Notes: a model not told the origin generated them from the letters alone. Numbered from the stretch's first letter, positions 54,041-63,052 are shown. The stretch: 64,000 nt of DNA from Vicinamibacteria bacterium (GCA_016650245.1 JAENWD010000139.1:6082-70081), one strand, 5' to 3'. Translations and numbers: made by a program.

Positions 54041-54478
54041 ATGCAGCATGTGATTCGGTGGACGCGCGTGATCGTGGCGCTGGCGCTGGTGGCGATTGCG
54101 ACGCCGGCGATCGTGGCGCAGGAAGCGGGCAAGCTCAAGGCCACGGTGGACTACAAGGGTTCCGGCGATGTCGATGCGACCCACGAAATCTTCGTGTGGG
54201 TCTTCGACACTCCGAACATCGGCCCCGACTCGGTGCCCATCGCCAGCGACGTGGTCACGGCCAACGGCGCCTCGCTGAGCTTCAGTGGCCTGCCCAAAGA
54301 GGTCTTCATCGCGGCGGCCTACGACGAGAAGGGCGACTACGACGGCACGTCGGGTCCGCCACCCACGGGCACGCCGATCACCATCTACGGCGACATGGGT
54401 GTGGCCAAGGCTATACCCACTGGCGGCGCCGACGCCGCCGTGACCGTGACGTTTGACGGCACCGTTCGCATGCCCTGA
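54041..54478 (+). CDS. Secreted hypothetical protein (145 aa)
   Basis: Tail of track ORF 53648..54478 from ATG 54041. Signal peptide (VIVALALVAIATPAIVAQ) followed by beta-rich sequence. Confidence 0.6.
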   Translation: MQHVIRWTRVIVALALVAIATPAIVAQEAGKLKATVDYKGSGDVDATHEIFVWVFDTPNIGPDSVPIASDVVTANGASLSFSGLPKEVFIAAAYDEKGDYDGTSGPPPTGTPITIYGDMGVAKAIPTGGADAAVTVTFDGTVRMP

Positions 54479-54491
54479 ACGAGCCCTTCCA

Positions 54492-54519
54492 GCCTCAGGC
54501 CTCAGGCCTCGGGCCTCAC
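54492..54519. repeat. Tandem heptamer array GCCTCAG GCCTCAG GCCTCGG GCCTCAC between convergent stops
   Basis: Read directly. The last unit contains the TCA (TGA complement) stop of the NHL-type gene. The unit is the same as at 42316-42340. Confidence 0.85.
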
Positions 54520-55592
54520 ACCTTCCGCAGTTTCGTCACCCGTCCGACCTCGACCCATTCGACCACGAAGATGTTGCCGGCGCGATCGAAGGTCGCGCCG
54601 TGCGGGCACACGAACTTGCCGACCGGGAAGCCCTCGCGCGGCCCCGTGCGCAGCGCCTTCCACGAGTCTGGCCCGTTGTCGCCCAGCTCGGCGACAACCG
54701 CGTTCCTGCGATCCACGAGCGTGACCTTCGCAAACAGGTCGGGCACGACCATGACGCCCTGGTGCTCGCTGAAGTGGCAGGGGTGCGGAAAGCCCTCGTC
54801 AAAACCCTGATGTGTGCCGTCGAGCGAGAAGCGCTGCAGCCGGCGATTGCTGCGATCGGCGACCAGGATCACGGGCGTTGCCGTGCGCGTGTCGACGATG
54901 AGACCATGCGGGCAATCCAACTGGCCCGCCGCCGTGCCCTTGCCTCCGAACGTGCGCAGGTACTTGCCCGAGGCGTCGTACTGGTTGATATAGCTCGACC
55001 CATAGCCGTCGCCGACGTAGACATCGCCATTGGGCGCCACGGCGACGTTGGTCGGCGAGTACTTCACGCCAGGCGTCCCATCGGCGTTCACCGGATACTG
55101 CGCCGACTCTTTCGGGTAGCCGAGCTGCCAGACGACCTCACCTGCCGGGGTCACCTTTGTGACGGTGCCCCGCTTGGTGTCGCACAGGATGAGAAACTCC
55201 TGTTTCCCTTCGCGCACGATGTGGAGGCCGTGCGCGCCGCCTTCGAACTCTTTGCCCCAACTGCGCACGAAACGGCCCTTGGCATCGAAGACCACCATCG
55301 TGTCGTGCCGATCGCTTGACGCGTGCACCGTGTGATGCACGTAGATGCGGCCCTGCGCGTCTTCGGCGACCCCGTGCGTGTTGCCGTACTTGAGCCCGGC
55401 CGGCAATTCCCCCCAGTCGTGGTAGACCTCATAGGTGAACTCGCCGCTGCCGATGACGGGCCGCTTGGCGCCGGCCTTGTGGGTCGCGTGCAACAGCGTA
55501 GGACCGGCCACTGACACGGCCAGGCCGGTGCCGATCGCGCCAAAGAACTCGCGGCGGGTCGGGCGTGACGACGGATGTGACGAGCGGCTCAT
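54516..55592 (-). CDS. NHL-repeat / six-bladed beta-propeller protein with TAT-type signal
   Basis: SRPTRREFFGAIGTGLAV signal. Repeated ...G.IYV.D...G..., PHGL and VADRSNRRLQRF motifs. I chose ATG 55592, with AAGGAG 5 nt upstream. Confidence 0.8.
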   Translation of the reverse strand: MSRSSHPSSRPTRREFFGAIGTGLAVSVAGPTLLHATHKAGAKRPVIGSGEFTYEVYHDWGELPAGLKYGNTHGVAEDAQGRIYVHHTVHASSDRHDTMVVFDAKGRFVRSWGKEFEGGAHGLHIVREGKQEFLILCDTKRGTVTKVTPAGEVVWQLGYPKESAQYPVNADGTPGVKYSPTNVAVAPNGDVYVGDGYGSSYINQYDASGKYLRTFGGKGTAAGQLDCPHGLIVDTRTATPVILVADRSNRRLQRFSLDGTHQGFDEGFPHPCHFSEHQGVMVVPDLFAKVTLVDRRNAVVAELGDNGPDSWKALRTGPREGFPVGKFVCPHGATFDRAGNIFVVEWVEVGRVTKLRKV

Positions 55593-55653
55593 GAGGGCTC
55601 CTTGCGCGCTAATGTTACGGCCAAGGCGGCCGCCTATCAAGTTACGACCGACG

Positions 55654-56322
55654 ATGCCAACGATCGAACGTCTGCCCACACCTGTCGGGGTGCTCACGGT
55701 CGTCACGAACCCACACACGCTGCTGGCGATTCACTTTGGCGACGCACCTGGTCTCGCCGCCTCATCCGACACGCCGTCGCCGCTGCATGAGGACGTCCGC
55801 GTGCGGCTTGCCGCTTACTTCGACGGCGATCGGACAGCGATCGACGAGATCCCCGTCGAGCCGGGTGGCACGCCTTTCCAGCGCCAGGTGTGGCTGATGC
55901 TCCGCCGCATCCGCGCGGGCACCACGTGGAGCTACCGCCAACTGGCCGAGCGTGTGGATCGCCCCGCCGCCGTTCGCGCCGTGGGAGCGGCCAACGGCGC
56001 CAATCCGATTCCGATCGTCCTGCCCTGTCATCGTGTCGTCGGCAGCGACGGGCGGCTCGTGGGCTACGGCGGTGGGATGGAGCGCGCTCGTGGCGTGGTA
56101 GAGTCCGCGACATGTCGAGGGTTGTTGCCGCCGCGCTCTGCGTCGTGTTCGTCCCTGCGCTCGTGCATACCCAGGCACCGGCGGGAGTCACCGCCACGCC
56201 GGCGCCAGTCTTCACCGATGCGGCGCGCCGCGAAAGGCTGGCAGGCGCCTTCGCGGCAATCCGCGAGAGCATGCCCGAGGCCGCCAAACAGATCGGCGCA
56301 CCGGGCCTGGCGTGGGGAGTGA
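55654..56322 (+). CDS. ogt: Methylated-DNA--protein-cysteine methyltransferase; 3' end doubtful
   Basis: TPFQRQVW...SYRQLAE...AVRAVGAANGANPIPIVLPCHRVVGSDGRLVGYGGGMERARGVVE. After this the frame runs 66 more Arg/Pro/Ser-rich codons into the next gene. Confidence 0.8.
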   Translation: MPTIERLPTPVGVLTVVTNPHTLLAIHFGDAPGLAASSDTPSPLHEDVRVRLAAYFDGDRTAIDEIPVEPGGTPFQRQVWLMLRRIRAGTTWSYRQLAERVDRPAAVRAVGAANGANPIPIVLPCHRVVGSDGRLVGYGGGMERARGVVESATCRGLLPPRSASCSSLRSCIPRHRRESPPRRRQSSPMRRAAKGWQAPSRQSARACPRPPNRSAHRAWRGE

Positions 56323-57962
56323 TCGTCGACGGCGAGCTGGCGGCGTCAGGCGCCGTGGGGCTGCGTGACGTGGAGGCGAACCAGCCCGCCACGCCGCAGT
56401 CGATCTTCCGAATCGCCTCGATGAGCAAGAGTTTCACCGCGCTGGCGATCCTCGCGCTGCGCGACGAGGGCAAGCTGTCGCTCGACGACGCAGTCACCAG
56501 CCACATCCCCGAGTTTGCCGGCGTCGCGCTGCCAACCAAAGACGCGCCCGCCATCACCATCCGGCACCTGCTGACGCACTCGGAAGGGTTTCCCGAGGAC
56601 AACCCCTGGGGCGATCGCCAACTCGCGATCCCCGACAAGACGATGAGCGAGTGGCTGAAACAGGGGCTGCCCTTTTCGACCTCGCCGGGCACCGCGTTTG
56701 AGTACTCGAACTACGGCTTCGCGCTGCTGGGCCGCATCGTCTCCAACGTGTCGGGCATGCCGTTCGGCGACTATATCCGCAGTCGGATCCTGACCCCGCT
56801 CGGCATGCGATCCACGCACTGGGAGACCAGTCAGGTACCTGCCGATCGCATCGCGCACGGGTACCGTCGCAACGGCGAGCGCTGGATCAAGGAGGCACCG
56901 CTGGCGCACGGATCGTTTGGCTCGATGGGGGGGCTCTACACGTCGACCGAGGACCTGGCGCGCTATGTGGCGTTCATGTTGTCGGCGTGGCCGCCGCGAG
57001 ACGACGCCGAGACCGGCCCTGTGCGCCGCAGTTCGGTGCGCGAGATGCAGCAGGGCCAGCGGCATTCCGGGCTGGCCGTCTTCCGTACGGCGCCCGAGGC
57101 ACCGCTGACGGTGCGCGCCAGCGCCTATGCCTACGGGCTGGGCTCGACACAAGACTGCCGGTTCCGCATCGCGGTCGCACACGGCGGCGGCCTGCCCGGC
57201 TACGGGTCTACCATGCAATGGCTGCCGGACTACGGAATCGGTGTCATCGTCTTCGCCAACCTCACCTACGCCGGCGCGGGAGGCATCGGCCGCGCCATCC
57301 TCGAGAAGCTCGCGGCAACCGGAGCGTTGAAGCCGCGTACGTTGCCCCCTTCGGCGCCTCTGCTCGAAACGCGCGCGGCGGTGACGGCACTGGTGAATCA
57401 CTGGAGGGATGCCGGCCTGGAAGCCATCTCGGCCGACAACCTGCTGCTCGACCGACCACTCGACGCGCGGCGGCAGGAGGTGACGACGCTGCGCGAGTCG
57501 CTGGGGACCTGCGCGCCCGAAGGCGACATGGACGCCGAGAACTGGCTGCGCGGATCGTTCAAGCTGGCCTGTCAGCGGGGCTGGCTGCAGGTCGCCTTCA
57601 CGCTGGCGCCCACCACGCCACCGCGCGTGCAGTACCTGTCATTCACTGAGGGGCGTCCGCTGTCTCCGACCCTGACAACCGCTGCCCGACGGCTGGCGTC
57701 TGCCACCACCGGGCCTGATGACGACCTGGCCTCCCTGTTGGCGCCCTCGCTCGACGGCGCCGCACTGGCGCGCCAGCTTGCCGCGTTCCGATCGGACTAC
57801 GGCGCCTGCACGATCGGTGACACGTTGAGCGGCAACGGATCGACAAACGCACGCGTGCGTCTGTCGTGCGAGCGCGGAAAAGCCGATCTGGCCCTGCGCG
57901 CCGCCGCCGACGGAATGCTCGAGCGCGTGACGCTGAGCGGCGCTGAGCCGTGCGTGCCCTAA
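56112..57962 (+). CDS. Serine hydrolase (beta-lactamase/PBP4-like family) with a C-terminal extra domain
   Basis: Signal peptide, SxxK (ASMSKSF), YSNYGF and HGGGLPGY motifs. TAGAGT lies 7 nt upstream of the ATG. Confidence 0.85.
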   Translation: MSRVVAAALCVVFVPALVHTQAPAGVTATPAPVFTDAARRERLAGAFAAIRESMPEAAKQIGAPGLAWGVIVDGELAASGAVGLRDVEANQPATPQSIFRIASMSKSFTALAILALRDEGKLSLDDAVTSHIPEFAGVALPTKDAPAITIRHLLTHSEGFPEDNPWGDRQLAIPDKTMSEWLKQGLPFSTSPGTAFEYSNYGFALLGRIVSNVSGMPFGDYIRSRILTPLGMRSTHWETSQVPADRIAHGYRRNGERWIKEAPLAHGSFGSMGGLYTSTEDLARYVAFMLSAWPPRDDAETGPVRRSSVREMQQGQRHSGLAVFRTAPEAPLTVRASAYAYGLGSTQDCRFRIAVAHGGGLPGYGSTMQWLPDYGIGVIVFANLTYAGAGGIGRAILEKLAATGALKPRTLPPSAPLLETRAAVTALVNHWRDAGLEAISADNLLLDRPLDARRQEVTTLRESLGTCAPEGDMDAENWLRGSFKLACQRGWLQVAFTLAPTTPPRVQYLSFTEGRPLSPTLTTAARRLASATTGPDDDLASLLAPSLDGAALARQLAAFRSDYGACTIGDTLSGNGSTNARVRLSCERGKADLALRAAADGMLERVTLSGAEPCVP

Positions 57963-58017
57963 CTACTCGCCGGGTGCTTCAGGCGCGTCAGGTGCGTCGT
58001 GCGGTAAGATTTCCAAG

Positions 58018-58413
58018 GTGGTCACACACACGCCCGAGCAACTCAAGGCGCTTCGCGATCGGTTGCTCCAGCTTCACAAGACGCTGCTCGATTCGGATCG
58101 GGCGGCGTACGAACGCGCCTACGGGCCAGTGGGTTCTCGCGGCGAATGGCTGCAACTGGTGCTCGGCCACGAGCACTTCGCGTGGCTCCGGCCATTCTCA
58201 GGCCTCATCGTGCGCATCGACGAATGGCTGGCGGGCGACCAGCGACCGCAGGAAGAGCTGACGGCCGTGGTGAAAGAAACCGATCGGCTCACCTCGATCA
58301 GCGCGTCCACCGAGCAACGGGCGTTGCGCTACCGCAAGTCCATCGACCGGTCGGCCGACGCCGCGGTCGCACATGCGGCGGTGCGCGACGCCCTCGACCA
58401 CACGAAGAGCTGA
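58018..58413 (+). CDS. Hypothetical helical protein (131 aa)
   Basis: Good third-position GC. GTG start with TAAGAT 7 nt upstream. No family recognised. Confidence 0.6.
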   Translation: MVTHTPEQLKALRDRLLQLHKTLLDSDRAAYERAYGPVGSRGEWLQLVLGHEHFAWLRPFSGLIVRIDEWLAGDQRPQEELTAVVKETDRLTSISASTEQRALRYRKSIDRSADAAVAHAAVRDALDHTKS

Positions 58414-58414
58414 G

Positions 58415-58608
58415 CTAGTCCTGACAGCGGGTGCAGTTGGACGGGTCGCGCCTGACCCCGCTCCCAGCGCCGTGCCGCCCGCAAAGGCGAGGAGCCATCC
58501 GGCGTGGCAGGGGCATGTCAGGATGGCGAGCCACACGCCGAGCCGGTTGGTGCGGGTGACGGGACGCTGTTCGAGCTCGGAGATCCAGGCGCGCGCGCGG
58601 GACACCAT
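58415..58608 (-). pseudogene. Small CPC-motif membrane protein, MerE-like; reading frame broken at a G4 run (or an assembly indel)
   Basis: ATG 58608 gives MVSRARAWISELEQRPVTRTNRLGVWLAILTCPCHAGWLLAFAGGTALGAG (compare MerE LTCPCH). Coding-like codon bias then switches frame at 58456-58459 to ...VRRDPSNCTRCQD-TAG (58415). The span is 194 nt, and one extra G would give a 64-aa ORF. Confidence 0.4.
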
Positions 58609-58652
58609 CGAGTGATTGTACAGGCTGCGCCAATCGGATACCATCCCAGCCC

Positions 58653-60314
58653 ATGCGCGCTTGCATGTGGATAGTCGCCCTGGCCCTGGTCGCCGCGCCG
58701 TCTCGACACGTGGTCGCCCGTGAGGGCAGTACCGGTGCCGCCGCTGACCCGCGTGCTCGCGCCGAGCGCTTCGAGCGTGCCGTCGGCGCAGCCGACCGGG
58801 TGTTGCGCGCCTGGCTGGCCGAGGCCGACCCAAAGACGCTGTTGCTACCGGACCGGCTCACCGGCCCCGGTGACGGACGCGCCGTGGGCAACCGCACCCG
58901 CGAGTACACGCCGCACAACTCCGGCGCCGATCTGTATCCGTACCTTATTCTCACCGCGCACCTGACGGCGCCCGATCTGCTCGACGGCCGTCTGCTCGAG
59001 ATGCTGCGCAACGAAGTGCGCTACACGACGTCCTCCGAGCGCGGGGTGCCAGGCGCACTGAATCTGGACACGGGAGTCGCCGGCCCGCCAAGTTTGTTCG
59101 GTGCCGGCGAGTACGCCAAAGACGGGCTGATCACCGTCACCGAGTACCTGGGCCGGACCGCGTGGTACGCCCGCATGGTGGACATGATCGCCGACGCCAT
59201 GACGCTGGGCCCGGTCGATTCCCGCTTCGGCAAGCTGCCGGCGTCCGACTCGGAACTCAACGGCGACTACCTGCAAGTGCTGCCCCGCCTGGCACTGATG
59301 ACCGGCGACGACCGCTTTCTCGACTGGGGACGCCGGATCGCCGACGCGTACATCGACGAGGTGTTGCCCGGCAGCCACGGCGTGCCCAGCGGCCAGTGGA
59401 ATTTCACGACGCACAAAGGCGATGGCACGCTTCGACTCCGCGATCACGGCAACGAGCTGGTGGTCGGCCTGGTGCTCCAGTACGCGCTCGAGCACTACAA
59501 GCAGACGCCTCGCGCAGCGAAGTGGAGGCCGGTCATCGCGCGCATGCTCGACCGCATCCTCGCATCCGCCAATCCCGACGGCCTGCTCTACAACATCGTC
59601 GACACCGAGACGCTCACGCCGAAGACCGACCGGCTGTCGGACAACTGGGGCTACATCTATGGCGCCGTCTATACCTTCTATCAATGCACCGGGGAGACGC
59701 GCTACAAGGACGCGGTGGTGCGCGTGCTGCGCAACCTGCCGAAGTACCGCAACTACGTGTGGGAGCCGCGCAACATCCCCGATCTGCCGCTGGGGTCGTT
59801 TGACGGCTACGCGGACACGATCGAAAGTGCCATCTACCTGGTGAACCGCGAGCCCGTGCCCGAGGCCCTGGGCTGGATCGAATCCGAAATGGATGTGTTG
59901 CTGAACATGCAGCGTCCCGACGGGCACTTCGAGTACTGGTACGGCGAGGGCAACTTCAATCGCACCGCCCTGCTCTACGCGCTCATGCAGAGCCGAGGCG
60001 TACGCCCGGCCGTGTGGCAGCACGGCGTCGGCATCGGGGCCGTATCTGAGGGTGACGGCCTTCGGCTCCACGTGAAGGCGCCCGCCCCGTTGCGCGTGCA
60101 GTTCGACTACGCGCGGCACCGGCGTGTGATGAACTTCGATCGCAACTACGTGCGTCTCAACGAGTTTCCCGAGTGGTTCGTCGTTGACGACAACACGCGC
60201 TACGACCTGCGCCCGGAAGGCGGCGGCGCCACCATGCAGCGGCTCGGCGCGGAGTTGATCCGGGGGATCACACTGTCGCCTGGCGAGTGGATCGTGTCGC
60301 CTGTAGGCGACTGA
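58653..60314 (+). CDS. Secreted hypothetical protein (553 aa), possibly an alpha/alpha-toroid enzyme-like fold
   Basis: Signal peptide and good codon bias. The recurrent aromatic/Gly motifs (NWGYIYGAVYTFY, DGHFEYWYGEGNFNRTALLYAL) remind me of six-hairpin glycosidase-like proteins, but I cannot name a family. Confidence 0.65.
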   Translation: MRACMWIVALALVAAPSRHVVAREGSTGAAADPRARAERFERAVGAADRVLRAWLAEADPKTLLLPDRLTGPGDGRAVGNRTREYTPHNSGADLYPYLILTAHLTAPDLLDGRLLEMLRNEVRYTTSSERGVPGALNLDTGVAGPPSLFGAGEYAKDGLITVTEYLGRTAWYARMVDMIADAMTLGPVDSRFGKLPASDSELNGDYLQVLPRLALMTGDDRFLDWGRRIADAYIDEVLPGSHGVPSGQWNFTTHKGDGTLRLRDHGNELVVGLVLQYALEHYKQTPRAAKWRPVIARMLDRILASANPDGLLYNIVDTETLTPKTDRLSDNWGYIYGAVYTFYQCTGETRYKDAVVRVLRNLPKYRNYVWEPRNIPDLPLGSFDGYADTIESAIYLVNREPVPEALGWIESEMDVLLNMQRPDGHFEYWYGEGNFNRTALLYALMQSRGVRPAVWQHGVGIGAVSEGDGLRLHVKAPAPLRVQFDYARHRRVMNFDRNYVRLNEFPEWFVVDDNTRYDLRPEGGGATMQRLGAELIRGITLSPGEWIVSPVGD

Positions 60315-61230
60315 GCAGGTCGGACATGTCGGGCGGCAACGGCGACTCGAGACGGATCGTGCGTCCCGTGACCGGGTGTTCGAAAGACAGCTTCCACGCG
60401 TGCAATGCTTGTCGCGGAAACGAGATCCGCCTGGCCATCGGGGCGTCGGCGTACATCGTCTCTCCGACCAGCGGATGACCTCTCAGTTCCGCCTGCAGCC
60501 GGATCTGATTGCGCTTACCCGTTACCAGCCGTACTTCGACGAGCGAGGCGCCCCGCAGCCGCTGCACGACGCGGTACTCGCTCAGTGCCTCTTTGCCCCG
60601 GGGGTCGCGCGCGCTGGTGGCACGCTGAATCAGTTCCTCGCCATCCCAGACCAGATGGTCACGCCAGGCGCCCGCCTCCGGCGTCAGGTGTCCGTGCACG
60701 ATCGCCTGATAGACACGCTCAGGTTCGCGACGGAGAAACTGCCCTTTCAGGTGCGCCAGCGTAGCGCCGTCTTTGGCGAACATCACCAGACCTGACGTGT
60801 CCCGATCGATCCGGTGCACGACCTGTGGGCGACGCTTGCCCTGCGATCGCAGGTGAGCCTCGACCAGTTCGAGCAACGAGCTGGCCTGGCCACGCCGTCT
60901 CAGCGGCACCGCCAGCAACCCCGGCGGCTTGTCGACGACCAGCAGCGACGGGTCTTCGTACACCACGACCAGGTCGCCCTCGTGCCGGGTCCGCGCGCGC
61001 ACGGCGCGGCCGCTCCCGGGCCGATCCATCCACACACGCACGACATCACCATCGGCCAGGACCAACGCCGCGTCGGCGGTCTCGGCCTCGCGGTCGTTGA
61101 CGAAGACCTTCCCCCGGTCGATCGCAACGGTCGCCTTCGAGCGCGAGCCCAACCGGTCGGGCGCCGCCAGAAACTTGTCGAGCCGAATGCCCGAATCCTC
61201 AGTAGCGGCCGTCCAGCGTCGGTCGGACAT
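60268..61230 (-). CDS. rluD: RluA-family 23S rRNA pseudouridine synthase (RluD-like) with an S4 domain
   Basis: S4-like N-terminus (RLDKFLA), catalytic HRIDRDTSGLV and GKRNQIRLQ. The 3' end overlaps the convergent gene by 47 nt. Confidence 0.88.
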   Translation of the reverse strand: MSDRRWTAATEDSGIRLDKFLAAPDRLGSRSKATVAIDRGKVFVNDREAETADAALVLADGDVVRVWMDRPGSGRAVRARTRHEGDLVVVYEDPSLLVVDKPPGLLAVPLRRRGQASSLLELVEAHLRSQGKRRPQVVHRIDRDTSGLVMFAKDGATLAHLKGQFLRREPERVYQAIVHGHLTPEAGAWRDHLVWDGEELIQRATSARDPRGKEALSEYRVVQRLRGASLVEVRLVTGKRNQIRLQAELRGHPLVGETMYADAPMARRISFPRQALHAWKLSFEHPVTGRTIRLESPLPPDMSDLLSRLQATRSTRQATV

Positions 61231-61249
61231 GGAGGCGATTAGACAGACG

Positions 61250-61340
61250 ATTGCAGATCATTGCAGATTGCAGATTGACGACTACGAAGCGTCGGGTTGC
61301 ACCCCGGCGGTCCGTAATCGGCAATCGGCAATCGTCATTG
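61250..61340. repeat. Inverted heptamer arrays: ATTGCAG x3 plus ATTGACG, then CGGCAAT x2 (complement ATTGCCG)
   Basis: Read directly. Left arm GATTGCAGATTGCAGATT against right arm AATCGGCAATCGGCAATC (18 positions, 2 mismatches). The right end contains the stop (TCA) of the 61335..61703 gene. Confidence 0.85.
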
Positions 61341-61703
61341 GGCAGCCGCCGCCTTCTTCACGACGTACTCAACCGTGCCCCAGTCACCCGTGGCCTTGAT
61401 GGCGATCTCGTCGCCGGTGGCGTTCACTTTGGCTTCGTGGGTGATCGTGCCGCCTTCGAGCGCGACGTCAAACGTCAGCACGTCGCCCGCGACCTTGCCG
61501 TTGCTGATCTCCTGCGTGCCCATCGCGCTGGCCACGTTGCCCGTCAAGGCTTCGCCTTCGGCCTTGAACTCGAAGGTCAGCTCAATCGGGCCGTTGGGCG
61601 TGTCAACACTCCCGATCCATTTTCCCGTGACATCGCCGGCCAGGGCAACGGCCGCCATCCCAACCGTGATCACGAACGCAAGCAGGGCACGACGCAGCAT
61701 CAC
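61335..61703 (-). CDS. Small secreted hypothetical protein (about 121 aa)
   Basis: Signal peptide (ALLAFVITVGMAAVALA) followed by a beta-rich GKW... sequence. AAGGAGA lies 7 nt upstream of ATG 61700 (GTG 61703 in the track). Confidence 0.65.
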   Translation of the reverse strand: MMLRRALLAFVITVGMAAVALAGDVTGKWIGSVDTPNGPIELTFEFKAEGEALTGNVASAMGTQEISNGKVAGDVLTFDVALEGGTITHEAKVNATGDEIAIKATGDWGTVEYVVKKAAAAQ

Positions 61704-61936
61704 ATATTCTCCTTGGCGCGAGCCGCCGGCGCCTGAAGCGCCGCCAACCGACCCGCGGGCGGCATGATAGCGCGCAACGCGCTGCGGCCGGGAAGAAACG
61801 TCGGGGCCGAGGCGTGGCCCGGAGGGGACGAGCCAGGTGCGCCCCTTGATGTGTAGCTGCGCCAGCAGCGATGATGCGCGTGACGCCGCGGATCAGCCTT
61901 TGGGTCCCCGGCCTTCTGCCTTCGGAGGACTGTGTG

Positions 61937-62992
61937 ATGATCGCCCGACGCGCCCCACTCGCCCTACTCGCCCTACTCGCCCTGCCCGCCCTCGCCGTTG
62001 CGCAGGGGCCGCCGCTGGCCCTGCCTGAAGCCAGCCAGGCCGCCACGGCCTCGCAGCGCATCGGGTTGACCGACATCACGGTGAAGTACCACCGGCCCGC
62101 CGTGAAGCAGCGCACGGTCTGGGGCGCCCTGGTGCCGTACGACCAGGTGTGGCGCGCCGGCGCCAACCAGAACACCGTGCTGTCGTGTTCGACGCCATTT
62201 TCCGTCGGTGGCCAGCAGCTCCCCGCCGGCGACTACGGCCTCCACATGATCCCGACCAAGACCGAGTGGACGGTGATCCTCAACAAGGAGTCGACGGCCT
62301 GGGGCAGCTTCTTCTATGACCAGGCCAAGGATGCCGTCCGCTTCACCGCCCGCCCGCAGACGGGTGACTTTCAGGAACACCTGGCCTACACCTTTGAGTC
62401 TCCAGGGCCGTCCAGCGTGACGTTGACGCTGCACTGGGAGAACGTCGCGCTCCTGATTCCAATCGCCGTGGACACTCCCGCTGTGGTCTCGGACAACCTG
62501 CAGCAGCAACTGCACAACTTGCCTGGGTTCTTCTGGCAGGGTTTCGCGCAAGCGGCCTCGTGGAGCGCCCGCAACAACGCAAACCTCGACCGAGCGGCAA
62601 CCTGGGCCGACCGCGCCATCGCGATGAACCGCAACTACCAGACGCTGCGCGCCAAAGCGCTCGTCCTCGACCGCAAAGGTGATGCGACCGCCGCCGCCGC
62701 GCTGCGCGACGACGCCCTGAAGCTGGCGACAGAAGCCGACATCAACGCCTACGGCTACGAGTTGATGAGTGCCGGTAAGATCGACGACGCCATCGTGATC
62801 TTCCGCAGCAACGTCGCCGACCACCCGGGATCGTGGAACGCCTACGACAGCCTGGGCGAGGCGCTCGCGCAGAAAGGACAGACCGCCGACGCGGTGGCGC
62901 AATACACCAAAGCCCTGCAGATGGTCGGCGACGACACCAACAAGACAAGGATTCGAGGGATCCTGGCCACGCTAGCTGCTAACCGGAAGTAA
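61937..62992 (+). CDS. DUF2911-domain protein with C-terminal TPR repeats
   Basis: Signal peptide, then RIGLTDITVKYHRPAVKQRTVWGALVPYDQVWRAGANQNT...LPAGDYGLHMIP (DUF2911 signature as I recall it). TPR-like C-terminus. ATG 61937 has GGAGG 8 nt upstream. Confidence 0.8.
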   Translation: MIARRAPLALLALLALPALAVAQGPPLALPEASQAATASQRIGLTDITVKYHRPAVKQRTVWGALVPYDQVWRAGANQNTVLSCSTPFSVGGQQLPAGDYGLHMIPTKTEWTVILNKESTAWGSFFYDQAKDAVRFTARPQTGDFQEHLAYTFESPGPSSVTLTLHWENVALLIPIAVDTPAVVSDNLQQQLHNLPGFFWQGFAQAASWSARNNANLDRAATWADRAIAMNRNYQTLRAKALVLDRKGDATAAAALRDDALKLATEADINAYGYELMSAGKIDDAIVIFRSNVADHPGSWNAYDSLGEALAQKGQTADAVAQYTKALQMVGDDTNKTRIRGILATLAANRK

Positions 62993-63046
62993 CGGGCCCA
63001 CCGGTCTCGTCCACCGCGTGAAACCGACCGGAGAGCCGGGCGACGA

Positions 63047-63052
63047 TATACT
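63047..63052 (+). promoter_or_regulatory. -10-like TATACT, 6 nt upstream of ATG 63059
   Basis: Read directly, with no Shine-Dalgarno sequence in between. Confidence 0.3.

Noticed and set aside
58198-58414. Continuation of the MerE-like frame to 58198 (136-aa reading)
   Set aside because: Third-position GC collapses after 58456 in that frame. The stretch is also antisense to the well-behaved 131-aa gene at 58018..58413.
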